DNA of 64,000 bases from Felis catus. Lineage: Eukaryota. The notes below the pieces were generated by a model. It searched no databases and was not told the origin of the DNA. It saw only the letters and a program-made list of their open reading frames with translations. The stretch spans positions 137,020,001 through 137,084,000 of the forward strand of contig NC_058373.1 in NCBI RefSeq assembly GCF_018350175.1. Reading direction: 5' to 3'. The position numbers and the translations under genes were made by a program. Shown piece by piece: positions 34,531 through 46,250 of this stretch; within the stretch, counting starts at the first letter, position 1; every line of letters begins with the position of its first letter.

Positions 34531-37145
34531 TGCCTTCTGTGAAGAAGGTCTGTGCAGAGCAAACAATGAGGACACGTATTTTCAGCCTTGCTCTGCCCTC
34601 TTCCCTCCACCTGTGGCCTTCACTGGGCTAAAGGGGGAAGCAGGTGGGGAAGGGTCTGCTAAGCCACTTGGCTCGGGTGCTGGAAGGTGGGAAGATGGGA
34701 TTAAGGGACCAGTGCCCTCCTGTCGTGGCTGGAGCCTAGGCTCACGCAGGGGGTTGAAAGCAAATGTTTTTGCACACGCACGCACACACACACATTACCA
34801 CCACCCCAGGAGACGCTGGGGCTCCCCTTTCTAGTATGCAGACCCTTGGAAAAGAGGATGGCCCTGACAGAGTCTGGAACAGTGTGGACTTTGGCAGGAA
34901 AGGCCCATGGGATTTGGGGACAGTTGGAGCCAGCCTCCACTCACCGCAAACAAGTTCCTCAACCCCTCGAGGCTTCTCTGACCTTATCTGTAAATGGAGA
35001 TTGGGACTCCAGGGTCTCAGGGTGGTTGTTAGGGTCAAATAAGTGAATAATTGGAAAAGATAGGCAGATAGTGAACACTCAGTAAAAAGAGATTCCTCCT
35101 GTCTTCGTCTTTCCCTCTTCTGTCTCGGTCTTTGGTTTGTTTTGATCACGAAGAAGTAAGAGAACAAAGTCATTCAGAGTGTACTGGATAGAGTAAGAGA
35201 TTACATATGTAGAAACTAAAGTATTTGCATAGAAGGTTCTGGAAGGAGAGAAACCAATGATTATTGGGGATCACACACTTCCCAGCTGGCGTGACTTTTG
35301 CTTCCTTCTGTATATTCTTCTGTATTTATGTTTTCGCGAGAATGGTTTGCATTTATGAAACGGTTAAAAATGCCTTTTGACTTAACAGCCACACAGAAAG
35401 ATGCTATCTTTACATACGTGACAGTTTCTGGCAGAGTGTTTTGTTTTTTTTTCATGTGACTTCCCCAGAATTTCTCTTTTCCCTCTTTGGCTTTCCTCCC
35501 AATGCCCTTGCCTCCGGATGTCAGCCTGACAGAGTGGAAAAGCTTCCGCGGTGAAGTCAGACAGCACGGGGCTCAGATCTTAGTCAGTTGTTTACTAGCT
35601 GTGGGACCTTGTGAAGATGACTTAATGTCTCTGCGAGTCCAGCAATAAAATAGAGATCGTATCTACCTTACCGCGCTTTGGGGAGGTCTGGATGAGATGG
35701 CTGTGTAGGTCCGAGCACAAAGAAGCTTCTCAAGGCAGAGGATGGCAACTTTCCTCCTGTGCAATGTGTTAGGTCACAGTCCTCATGGATATGGCCCCTG
35801 GCGATCCCACAGCAAGCCTGTGCAATAGTCCCTGCCTGCTATCATCTCGTCTGCAGATGAGCAACCGAAACTCTGAGAATTTAAGCGACTTGTCTAGGTT
35901 TGCCCTGGAAAACCGGCAGTGCTCCTTCTCCTCTGGATACGACAACGAGAACGTCATGTACCTTACCGCCATGTCCTATTTTGGCTTTGACTCTGGTGCC
36001 TGGACATGTTTTAAGGTCTGTGTTTGTCACATACGTGTCCTCGTTCAGTTTGTACTATGCGAGCACCCTCTAACTGGAGATTGGAGGCCCCCCGGGGATA
36101 GGCATCTCCATGGCTGGCTTTCAAGATTTTCCTGTTAGCCTCATTAACCAGGAAAGACCCTGGAAAATCCACTATTTTGGCATCTAAAGAACATTTTCCA
36201 GATGCAAAGCCATCACCCACCAAAATCCTTGTTCAGATCTTTTCTCAAAATTCTTAATTGTGTGTCGGTCATCCGGTCAACTAGGGCAGGTTGGAGCTGT
36301 TCTCTTGAATCGAGGGCAGCCATAACTCACAATGACATGGGTAACAAAGGCTTTAATTACCCTAATGGGCTGATGCATCCTGTTAGGAAAATTAAAAAAA
36401 ACAGTTCTTCCAACTTATAAATAGTTATTTATAAGTTATACACATGTGCAACTGTCCTGATGCATTATTGGCCTCGATAAAACAAATAAAAATAGACATT
36501 TTAAAAAGGAGAGAAAAATATTAATAAATTTTACACTATTTTCTCCTGTATGCCAATAAACCCATTGGATCCATCCGGGCACCCCTGGATTGGGCACCCC
36601 TGGATTAGGCAGGGAAAGTCGTGCAAGGCTGTAGATGTCCAGGGCATCACAGAGCAGAGGAAATTCCCTGGAAATCCACATTGACGTTAACATGAAAGAT
36701 ACAAAAGGTGACCTTACTAAGCTCTATTTGCTCAGAAATGCATGGACACAGCTTAAAGCCGGGGTGTAAAATTGGTCAAATCAATGGTAACAGATTTGAG
36801 AGCCTAAATTATTTTCCAGAAATGTGAGCTTGTCAGGGCCCACCTCAGCCTGACCACAAGCTTCCCTTGCTGTTGGAGGATCTAGCCATTTCTCAGAGTT
36901 TGGGCACAGAGCCCAGCCTATCAGGACAGCTCTGGTACTCACCTGTGTTGGCCCCTTTGCCTGGAACATTCTCCCCTCCGGGGAAATCTCATGGATGGTC
37001 CTGCATCGCAACCAGCTCCTGCCTCAAATGAGCCTTCACAGAGAATGCTCTTTTGGTCACCTCCTCTGAAATATCTGCCCTCCTACACTGTGACACAATG
37101 TCCTTGACCTGCTTTCTTCCTCATGACACTTATCACTACCCGACA

Positions 37146-37224
37146 TGATGTTATATATCTATAGTTACATTGTATGTTACTATTTGATGTTATATATCTA
37201 TAGTTACATTGTATGTTACTATTT
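37146..37224. repeat. ~39 bp tandem duplication
   Basis: tgatgttata(ta)tctatagttacattgtatgttactattt occurs twice. Confidence 0.9.
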
Positions 37225-37562
37225 GTTAATTGTACTATTCGTCCACTTGCTAATTTGTTTATATCTGTCTCTCCCACTAGACTATGTGGGCATGAACATT
37301 ATTTTGCCCCTTGCTGTATCCCCAGGTCCTGGAACAATAACTGGTATACAGTAGGAGCTCAAAAAATACTCCTTGCATGACTGTCTGAGTGGAATGAAGT
37401 CAGGCATAATTTGTTTTCAGTACCATGTTTTCCCCTTAAAACTGAGTTTAATAATTTGGGTGAAATCTGAGGTCTGAACTCTAAAGACAGTTGCAAACAC
37501 TTAGAACGTCTTTCTTGCCAGAGTGTAGCCCCCCCTGAGAGCAAGAACCATGTCTGATTGTT

Positions 37563-38597
37563 CTTTTTTTTAAATTTTATTTTTTATTTCTTAAAATTTA
37601 CATCCAAATTAGTTAGCATATAGTGAGACAATGATTTCAGGACTAGATTCCTTAATTCTCTTTACCCATTTAGCCCATCCCCCCTCCCACAATCCCTCCA
37701 GCAACCCTCAGTTTGTTCTCCATCTTTATGAGTCTCTTCTGTTTTGTCCCCCTCCCTGTTTTTATATTATTTTTGTCTCCCTTCCCTTATGTTCATCTGT
37801 TTTGTCTCTTAAAGTCCTCATATGAGTGAAGTCATATGNNNNNNNNNNNNNNNNNNNNNNNNNNNNNNNNNNNNNNNNNNNNNNNNNNNNNNNNNNNNNN
37901 NNNNNNNNNNNNNNNNNNNNNNNNNNNNNNNNNNNNNNNNNNNNNNNNNNNNNNNNNNNNNNNNNNNNNNNNNNNNNNNNNNNNNNNNNNNNNNNNNNNN
38001 NNNNNNNNNNNNNTTGGTTATTGTTGATAGTGCTGCTATAAACATGGGGGTGCGTGTGTCCCTTTGAAACAGCACATCTGTATCCCGTGGATAAATGCCT
38101 AGTAGTGCAATTGCTGGGTCGTAGGGTAGTTCTATTTTTAGTTTTTTGAGGACCCTCTATGCTGTTTTCCAGAGCAGCTGCACCAGTTTGCATTCCCACC
38201 AACAATGCAAAAGAGATCCTCTCTCTACACATCCTCACCAACATCTGTTGTTGCCCGAGTTGTTAATGTTAGCCATTCTGACAGGTGTAAGGTGGTATCT
38301 CATTGTGGTTTTGATATTTCCCTGATGATGAGTGATGTTGAGCATTTCTTCACATGTCGGTTGGCCATCTGGATGTCTTCCTTGGAGAAGTGTCTATTCA
38401 TGTCTTTTGCCCATTTCTTCACTGAATTATTTGTTTTTTGGGTTTTGAGTTTGAGAAGTTCTTTGTAGATTTTGGATACTAACCCTTTATCTGATTATGT
38501 CATTTGCAAATATCTCCTCCCATTCTGTCGGTTGCCTTTTAGTTTTGCTGATTATTTCCTTCGCTGTGCAGAAGCCTTTTATTTTGATGAGGTCCCA
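37563..38597 (-). mobile_element. 5'-truncated carnivore/felid L1, same subfamily as 593-1965
   Basis: 3' UTR and ORF2 tail near-identical to 593-1660. Confidence 0.92.
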
Positions 38598-39119
38598 GCC
38601 ACGTCTGACTGTTCTATGCCGAGTCTCCAGCCAAAATCACTAGCTGTTGTGACCACCTCCAAATACCAGGGGCGTATTACAAGAGGATTAGGGGGTCTTT
38701 CTCCATCTAGTAGCTGTAGCTTCTGGAACACATGGCTTCCAAGGGGACAGGGAAAGAAAGAATTGGAGAGGACACACTGGTTCTTAACAGCATTGGCCTG
38801 GAAGCCACGCACTTCACCTTGCTCCCTGTCCATTGGCCCCCATCCTGGACATGACCCTCACCTAACTGCAAGGGAAGCTGGGAGGTGAAGGGAAGCAGGT
38901 AGGTACTCGTAAGTGCTTACTGTCACAGCCACACCCAGCTTCTAGCACAGTGCTTGGCACACACACATATATAACAGCCACTGAATAGATATTTGATGAG
39001 CGCATTTAAAATCTCTAAATTTCATACATTTCATGCCTAAACCCTTCTGAAATGATGACTTATTTTCTACCAAATAGTTTGGTAATTCCTGTTTTGAATT
39101 GTAGTTTATCCTTTTCCTT

Positions 39120-39219
39120 TTTAAAAATTTTTAATTAGTTAATTAATTTTTATTTTTGAGAGAGAGCGCAAGTGCGCAAGGGGCAGAGAGAGAGGGAGAG
39201 AATCCCACAAGATGCAGAA

Positions 39220-39254
<35 letters not shown>

Positions 39255-39977
39255 AGCCCAGAGCGGGGCTTGAGCTCACAAACTGTGAGATCATGACCTG
39301 AGCTGAAGTCGGAGGCTCAACCAACTGAGCCCCCCAGGCGCCCCAGGTTATTCTTCCTCTGAGTATAGTTGACACATAATGTTACATTAGTTTCAGGTGT
39401 ACAACCTGGTGATTGGACAAGTTTGTACATTATATGGTGTGTTCACCACGAGTGTGGCCACCACATTGCTACTACGATGCCATTGACTACATACTTCGTG
39501 CTGTGCCTTTCATTCCCGTGACTTCTTCGTTCCCGAACCGGAAGCCTGTGCCTCCCGCTCCCCTTCACCCATTGTGCCCATCCCTCCATCGCCTTCCCTC
39601 CGGCAAACATCAGTTTGTTCTCTGTGTTTATAGGTCTGTTTCTGCTTTGTGTGTGTGTCTTCACTTTTCCAGATGGCACTTACGAGTGGAATCATAGGGA
39701 TTCATCTTTCTCAGTCTGACTTAGGTCGCTCAGCCTAATCCCTTCTAGGTCCATCCATGTTTTCGCCAATGGCAAAACACATTTTTGTGTTTTTGTGGCT
39801 GCATCACATTCCAGTGCGTATACATAGCACATCTTTCTTACCCAACCGTCCAGTGACGGATACTTAGGTTGCTTCCACGTCTCGGCAATTGTAAATAATG
39901 CTGCAATAAACATACAGGTTTGGTGATTCTTGAGGATCTCCCTTTTTTGTAATGGCTTTTTTTAAAGGCTTATTTAT

Positions 39978-40013
<36 letters not shown>

Positions 40014-40197
40014 CACATGCCTATGCGTGCATAAGTGGGGGGGGGACAGAGAGAGAGAGGGAGAGAGAGAGTCCCAAGCAGGCTCCACCCTGTCAGTGCG
40101 GAACCCACTGCCAGGCTCCGTCTCACGGACCCTGACATCATGACCTGAGCCGAAGTCAAGAGCCGGACACTTAACTGACTGAGCCACCCAGGCGCCC
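39120..40197 (-). mobile_element. CanSINE (39120-39344), L1 3' end (39345-39925), CanSINE (39957-40197, TSD tgattcttgaggat)
   Basis: SINE consensus; L1 tail MFIAALFTIAETWKQPK...WMDLEGIRLS. Confidence 0.88.
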
Positions 40198-41089
40198 TGA
40201 TTCTTGAGGATTTTCAATTCTCCTGAGCTCAGGGCAGTTTGGAAACCAGTGTCCAGGCATGATTTTCTAAGTCATGATTCCAGACTAACGTGTAAGCCTC
40301 TGCATGTCTGAACGTGGAAATGAATCACCAAAAAAAGGCTTTTTGTATTTTCCCCCTGCAACTTCAAGCACAGGGTATTAAAAAACATCGCGTTGGGAAG
40401 GAACTACCTGTCTGTGAGCCCCTAGGACTCTACCAGATCGGGCTTCCCGGAGCCCCGGGATTAGGTGGTCTTGATCTGAGGAAGGTGCTGAATAAAATGC
40501 CTTCCATCTACAACTTAAGATTTTCTATGTCTTGCCCCAATTTCTTTCTTCTTTTGCTTAAAATTGGGGTAAGAGCCCCTGAAGGAAGCCAGTTTATATT
40601 CTTGATCATTTGTCTAGAAATGTGCAGAAAGCCTGATCAGTAAACCTCTCAGCATATCTTTCCGGATGGCTTATCCCCTCCGATGCCAGGAGCACCACCT
40701 TGACCCTGTGATTGGCACAAACTTTTCAAAAATTATTTTACCCTTTTGAAGTGTAGTGATGGGTTTTGTTATATCCGTTGTGCGTACGTGACAATTTGAA
40801 ATATTCGCTCACCCTTATCTCTGTGGGTTATCCCACCCTTTCATGGGATGTGAGACATTCAGGAAGGGTTCACATACTCAGCGTGTGAGTACGCACATAC
40901 ATCCGCACAAACACGCACGTGGGGTTGGCACCTGACGTTCTGAGGGCCTTGGAATTCACAGCCACTCTGCCTTTGTAACCAGGGAAAATGGGCCTGCTTC
41001 CCAGTAGGGACAGTGGGGAAGGGTATGATGGAAGAAGAAGAGAAGTGACTTATTGTTCTCCTAAATTCCCTACCGCTGGGTTTCATGTC

Positions 41090-41530
41090 AAGAACATTAG
41101 CAGCCGCATTATGTTAAGTGAAATAATCCAGACGGGGAAAGACAAATACTTATGCGTAGAGTCCTAAAAAGGCGAACTCATAGATCTGGAGAGTAGGACT
41201 GTAGTTACGAGGGTCTGGGGGGTGCAGGAAATGGGGAGATGTCACAGAGTACACACTTCCAGTTATAAGATGAGTAAGTTCGGGGCTGCGGTGCACCACA
41301 TGGTGACTAGAGTTAATGACACTGTATTGGGCACTTGAAATTTGCTGAGAGAGCAGATCTCAAACGTGCTCACCGCCCTCCGACCCCCCAACAAAAAGAT
41401 AACTGTAACTCTGTGAGGTGACGGCTGTGGTGATCATTTCACAATGTATGCGTCCATCCCAGCATCCTGTGGTGTACCTTAAACACATGCCATTTTTGTT
41501 CGCCAATTACACATCAGTAAAGCTGGAAAA
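41090..41530 (+). mobile_element. Old L1M 3' end
   Basis: CATTATGTTAAGTGAAATAA...GTACACACTTCCAGTTATAAGATGAGTAAGTT...AAATTTGCTGAGAGAG. Confidence 0.8.
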
Positions 41531-41879
41531 GTCCATTTTAAGAAAGACTGGGCCATTTCAGTGAGTCTTATGTCCTGCAGAGACTATAAACCGACCCTAA
41601 CAAAGAAGCTATTGATTATTCACAGAGGACCAGTGTCTTTTCCTTGGGGTGCTCCAGAATCCCAATGGCAGTCCACAGATGACCGAATGGAAGCTTCCAG
41701 AAGAGGGAGGACCAAGTTGAGCATGGAGACCCTACTAGAGGTTCTGACGTCCGGTCTCCTTTTCTTCTGGGAGGCAACACTTTTCAGTCAACTTGAAGTT
41801 CAGTGGGTCCGTGTTCTGGCCCAAGAAATATAGAAGAAATGCTAAGCATCCCTTCTGGACTGGGGGAGGGCAAAGCCTC

Positions 41880-42095
41880 TGAGTGATTCTGGAGTCTGTT
41901 TTCTCCTCACAACGGTCAATGTGGGGGCCTCACGCTGAGATGGGAAGCCACGGCAGCCTGGATCGCTGGATCACTTCGTGAAGGACAGACGCTCTGGAGA
42001 GTTCCTTACACCGAGAGAAATGTTGTCCGTAAGCCACTACAGTTGTAGAGGTTGTTTGTTGCTGAAGCATAGCTTAATCTGTCCTGACTCATATA
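41880..42095 (+). mobile_element. MLT1-type (MaLR) LTR remnant
   Basis: GCAGCCTGGATC...TAAGCCACT...TTGTTTGTTGCTGAAGCATAGC...CCTGACTCATA. Confidence 0.6.
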
Positions 42096-42646
42096 GTAAG
42101 ACATAGATACTTTGTTGATGCCACTTCATGCTACAGCCTGATTCTTCTTGTGACTGGAGAATTCCTGTTATAGAAAGGGCCACATCAAAATAGTAAATCT
42201 CTTCTTCGCCCGGAAGTGAGTGGGGTTATTACTTTGGTTTGCAGCAAACCAAAAGTGGGTACAAGAATCCCATGTGTTTAATGTAAGATGAGATTGTAAG
42301 CCTCATCGGTCCGTTCGTGGACATAAGAAGTCAACTTTTACCTTTTTAGATAAGACTCAACGTTCTTATATCTGAAGGTGAGATAGTTCAACTTTCCTGC
42401 GTGCTAGTTACAGATGACATGGCTGAAAATGTGAGCAATTTCAATCCCTCTGGCACCTCCTGACTGTGGTTCCCTCAGTAACCGGAAGCCTCTCATAAGG
42501 CAAGGGGCCTGCTCAGCTAACCAGGGAACCAATCTTGGGGAGAGACGTGGTCACCCAGGGACCCTGAGGGCAGACATGGCAAAGATCGGAGACACCTGGG
42601 GGGGGGGTGCCTGCTGTTGGTAATATGCCAGCGGGGTGGTATCCCA

Positions 42647-42846
42647 TTTTTTTTTTTTATGAGAGAGAGACCATGCAGGGGAGGGGCAGAGAGCGAGGGG
42701 AAGAGAGGGAGAGAGAGAATCCAAAGCAGCCTCCTTACTGTCAGTGCAGAGCCTGATGCAAGGCTCGAACCCATGAACTATGAGATCGTGACCTGAGCTG
42801 AAATCAAGAGTCGGACACTTAACTGACTGAGCCACCCAGGTGCCCC
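42647..42846 (-). mobile_element. CanSINE
   Basis: SINE consensus on the minus strand. Confidence 0.9.
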
Positions 42847-43572
42847 GGGGTCGGTACCCCATCCTGTCCCTGAACTGCGGTTACACATAAACAGCATGGA
42901 GTGAGATGCTCTGGGATTTCAGGGACTGGCGTGAGCCCTTCTCCTCAAGACGGGGCTTGGAGTCAAACGCCTCATACCTTTACTTCCATTTACTACCCAG
43001 AGTCATTGTTTAGGGTCCCCGCACCCTGGGATCTGATCACTGCAACCCTCCTTGGGCCTCGCTTGTGTTTGAGACATAGATTTTTCTGATAGGTGTTGAG
43101 AAACCTGTCTTGGTTATTTTTTTGATGAGGGCAACTCAGTTCCGGGCGTAATGTGTTTTCTGTGCACGTCTAAGAATGGAGATACTTTGCCCCCATGGTT
43201 CAGACTGCCACTGGGTGGCTGGTACCTGACGACGGATTTGGCCAAAGGCTAGCGCTGCTGGAGGGCCAGCTTCTAAGCAGATGGCCAGTTGGGGATGTTG
43301 GCTTGTAGCCCCTGAACTGTTACTTGTAAAATAAGTGAGCAAACTGATAGGGAAATATCAACTATACATCTTACGGGGTTACTTAATCAACTTGGCTCAT
43401 GATTAACGTCCTACGACCTGCACGTAAGAACCGTGTAAGGGGCGAGCCAATGAATACCCACTGGCATTGTTCACAGAAATAGGGAAAAGCAGTTGTCAGG
43501 GAGGGAGAGGTAAGGTCAACAGACTGCACTGTAAATCAGGAATCAATAACACGGCATTTAAGCCAGCCCTCT

Positions 43573-43787
43573 CTTTTTTTTCAACGTTTTTTATTTATTT
43601 TTGGGACAGAGAGAAACAGAGCATGAACGGGGGAGGGGCAGAGAGAGAGGGAGACACAGAATGGGAAACAGGCTCCAGGCTCCGAGCCATCACCCCAGAG
43701 CCTGACGCGGGGCTCGAACTCCTGGACCGCGAGATCGTGACCTGGCTGAAGTCAGACGCTTAACCGACTGCGCCACCTAGGCGCCCC
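43573..43787 (-). mobile_element. Young SINEC_Fc
   Basis: Perfect TSD agccagccctctctt. Confidence 0.95.
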
Positions 43788-44050
43788 TAGCCAGCCCTCT
43801 CTTAACTTTGGCCACTCACCCTGCCTACATTAGTGATTCCTAAACATTTGCTCTTGGTTCGGGTGCATGGCAACCGGCCTCAGCTGGAGAGTTGCTAAAT
43901 AGATCCTCTGTGACTTTTCCAGGAGCCACCTAACCTCAAGTCCAATATACCTGAGATTTTGGAAGGAAAAAAATCTTACATCAAACATCGGGGATCTTTA
44001 TACCCATTTTTGGTTTGCTGCAAATCAAAGCAGTAACCCCACTCGCTTCC

Positions 44051-44275
44051 AGACCACCGAATCCTCAGAAACACCAGAGGGGCGGCAGGCCTGTGAATAC
44101 CTCTGCTCTGCATACGTCCTCCTAAGGGGGCTGCCGTACCTGCCGTTTCCTGCTCCTCGGATCCAATGTGCATAATGTCATCAGTGTGGTGGACCTGCGC
44201 GATTATGTTTCCGATAGTCCAGAGTCATCGTCCAACATCGACGTGACTTTTGCACAGGCCGGGCAGGTGAGGGAC
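44051..44275 (-). mobile_element. ERVL-class reverse transcriptase fragment with internal deletion
   Basis: PVQKS..WTMTLDYRKHN is joined to VHHTDDIMHIGSEEQE...VFLRIRWSG; these resemble the ERV-L pol motifs WRMTVDYRKLN and VHYIDDIMLIG. Confidence 0.8.
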
Positions 44276-45761
44276 CGGGCCTGGAGTCACAAGGCGAGGG
44301 TCCCGGTTCAGCTCTGACGCTAGTTCTGCGGGTAACCGTAAGCGGGATGCTTCCCCACACGGGATGTCAGGGTAGAACTGGGTGCGGCTTTAGTGGTTAC
44401 GTCCAACTCTGTTTGCATGGAACAGCGTCCCCTGCTGGAGGGATGAGGGAAGCAGAAGGTAAACATCGCAGGAAACTGGCTGGGTAAGGACCACGGTACC
44501 TGGATTCTAATAAGACAAAAAAAAAAAAAAAGTGCCAGCACCCACCCCTGGTCGGCGTTTCCTGAATTCTGTCCTTTCCCAGGAAGCTTTTCTTTTCCGG
44601 TGTCATCCCTGACCCCTGGGCCCCCTCCACACCTTCGAGATTCTTTGCCTTCTCATGTCACGGGCTGTTGACTGGAGAAGATCTGACCACGGTGCATACA
44701 GTAGGAAAGGCTACAAAATCCGAAGAGCCGGGTCCCACTTCCCTGGTGGTGGGATGTCAGGCCTTAGTGACAAGACAGGAGGAAGGTTTTGAGCAGTAGG
44801 TGTCTTCGCAGACCAAATCTTCTTAATTCCCACCCCCAACCCCCCAAAATGGTTGACTGGTTCCTTTGCATTCACTTCGCTTAACCGTTTGTGTATGGGG
44901 TGGACAGCGTGGTCAAGGACCCTAAAGAAAATCTAATGGACAATAACATCTGGCCCTCTGTCCAGAGAAAGACGTGCGCGTGAGCGCACGTGAGAGATCC
45001 AGACGCCAGCTGGCGTGTTTCTGTCCCTCGGGAGCTGGGGACAGCCGTCAAAAGCAAGGTTTGAATTTTGGGAGGTTGGCTCACATCTTCAGAGTAAAAG
45101 AAGCTTGTGGGTTTGCTGATTCCTCTGGGTTTTTGGTTTCTTACCCTTTTGTCCTGGCAATTAATTTGTCATCTATTTGATACTTTTAAGAATTATCACC
45201 TATTTGATACTTTTAAGAATGTCGTTTAAAACCAGGCTTCCTAGCTGTCGTTAACGGCAGGGTTGATTCACATAAACAAGCTGACCAGCCCCTGGCAACG
45301 GGTATTGATTTTATCAGTTGCTTTTTCACCAGTGAATGCTTGTGTTTCCCCTTAGTTACCAGCTGCGTGGAAGCAGGTGCCTCACTCCTGTTGTATCTCT
45401 TAGTCCCATCCGTGTACCCAGCAAAAAGCTTTATGCCAAAGCTCGCTCCCGGCCGGTCCTAAAGCAAAGCCTGGCCCATAAATTCACTCCATGCAGATTT
45501 TAACTAACCTTTTAATTTTTGAATAGTTTTAGACTTACAGAAAAAGCTACAAAGGCTGAATTCCTATATTCCCCGCCCCCTTCTCCTATGGTTAAATTCT
45601 CACATGAGCGTGGTATCTTTGTCAGACTGAGCAACCAGGATTATTGTATCGCTATTAACTAAATCCCAGACTTTCTTCCAACTTCCACAGGTTTTTTAAA
45701 AAAAACTAATCATCGATACTTACAATACGTGAGTTTTCATTTTTGTTTACAAAATTAGAAG

Positions 45762-45965
45762 AGGGGCGCCCGGGTGGCTCAGTCGGTCAAGTGTTTGACT
45801 TTAGCTCAGGTCGTGATCTCACGGTTCGTGAGTTCGAGCCCCGCCTTGGGCTCTCTGCTGTCCGTGCGGAGCCCGCTTCAGATCCTCTGTTCCCCTAGCT
45901 CTCTGCCCCTCCCCCCATCTCAAAAATAAATAAAAAACGTTAAAAAAAAAAAAGAAAAAGAAAAT
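45762..45965 (+). mobile_element. CanSINE
   Basis: GGGGCGCCCGGGTGGCTCAGTC head and A-tail. Confidence 0.92.
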
Positions 45966-46019
45966 GAGGAGAACGGGCAACACGAGTGTATCCTATCTGG
46001 CAACGATCGACTGAGCCAA

Positions 46020-46250
46020 ATTAATAATGATAATAACTATAACTATGGCAAACATTTACTGAGCACTTATTAAGTGCCGAGTTCTCTTCTAAGAGATTTA
46101 CATGCATTAATGCATTTCACCTCATTAGAAGTCTTTAGGTGATTACTAGGTTCATCTGTTTTTACAGAAGGGGAAGCTGAGGCACTGCGCGATGAGGGAG
46201 AATGCGCGAAGTCACCCAGCTGTGACGTGGATGAGCTGGGGTCCCGTGTT
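46020..46250 (-). mobile_element. MIR SINE
   Basis: AACATTTACTGAGCACTTA...TTTTACAGAAGGGGAAGCTGAGGC...AAGTCACCCAGCT core. Confidence 0.8.

Noticed and set aside
44401-44671. AG...GT pair enclosing exactly 271 nt as relic exon III
   Set aside because: Internal W/F/LP motif offsets place the exon ~35-40 nt lower (about 44361-44633), so the exact length is probably chance.
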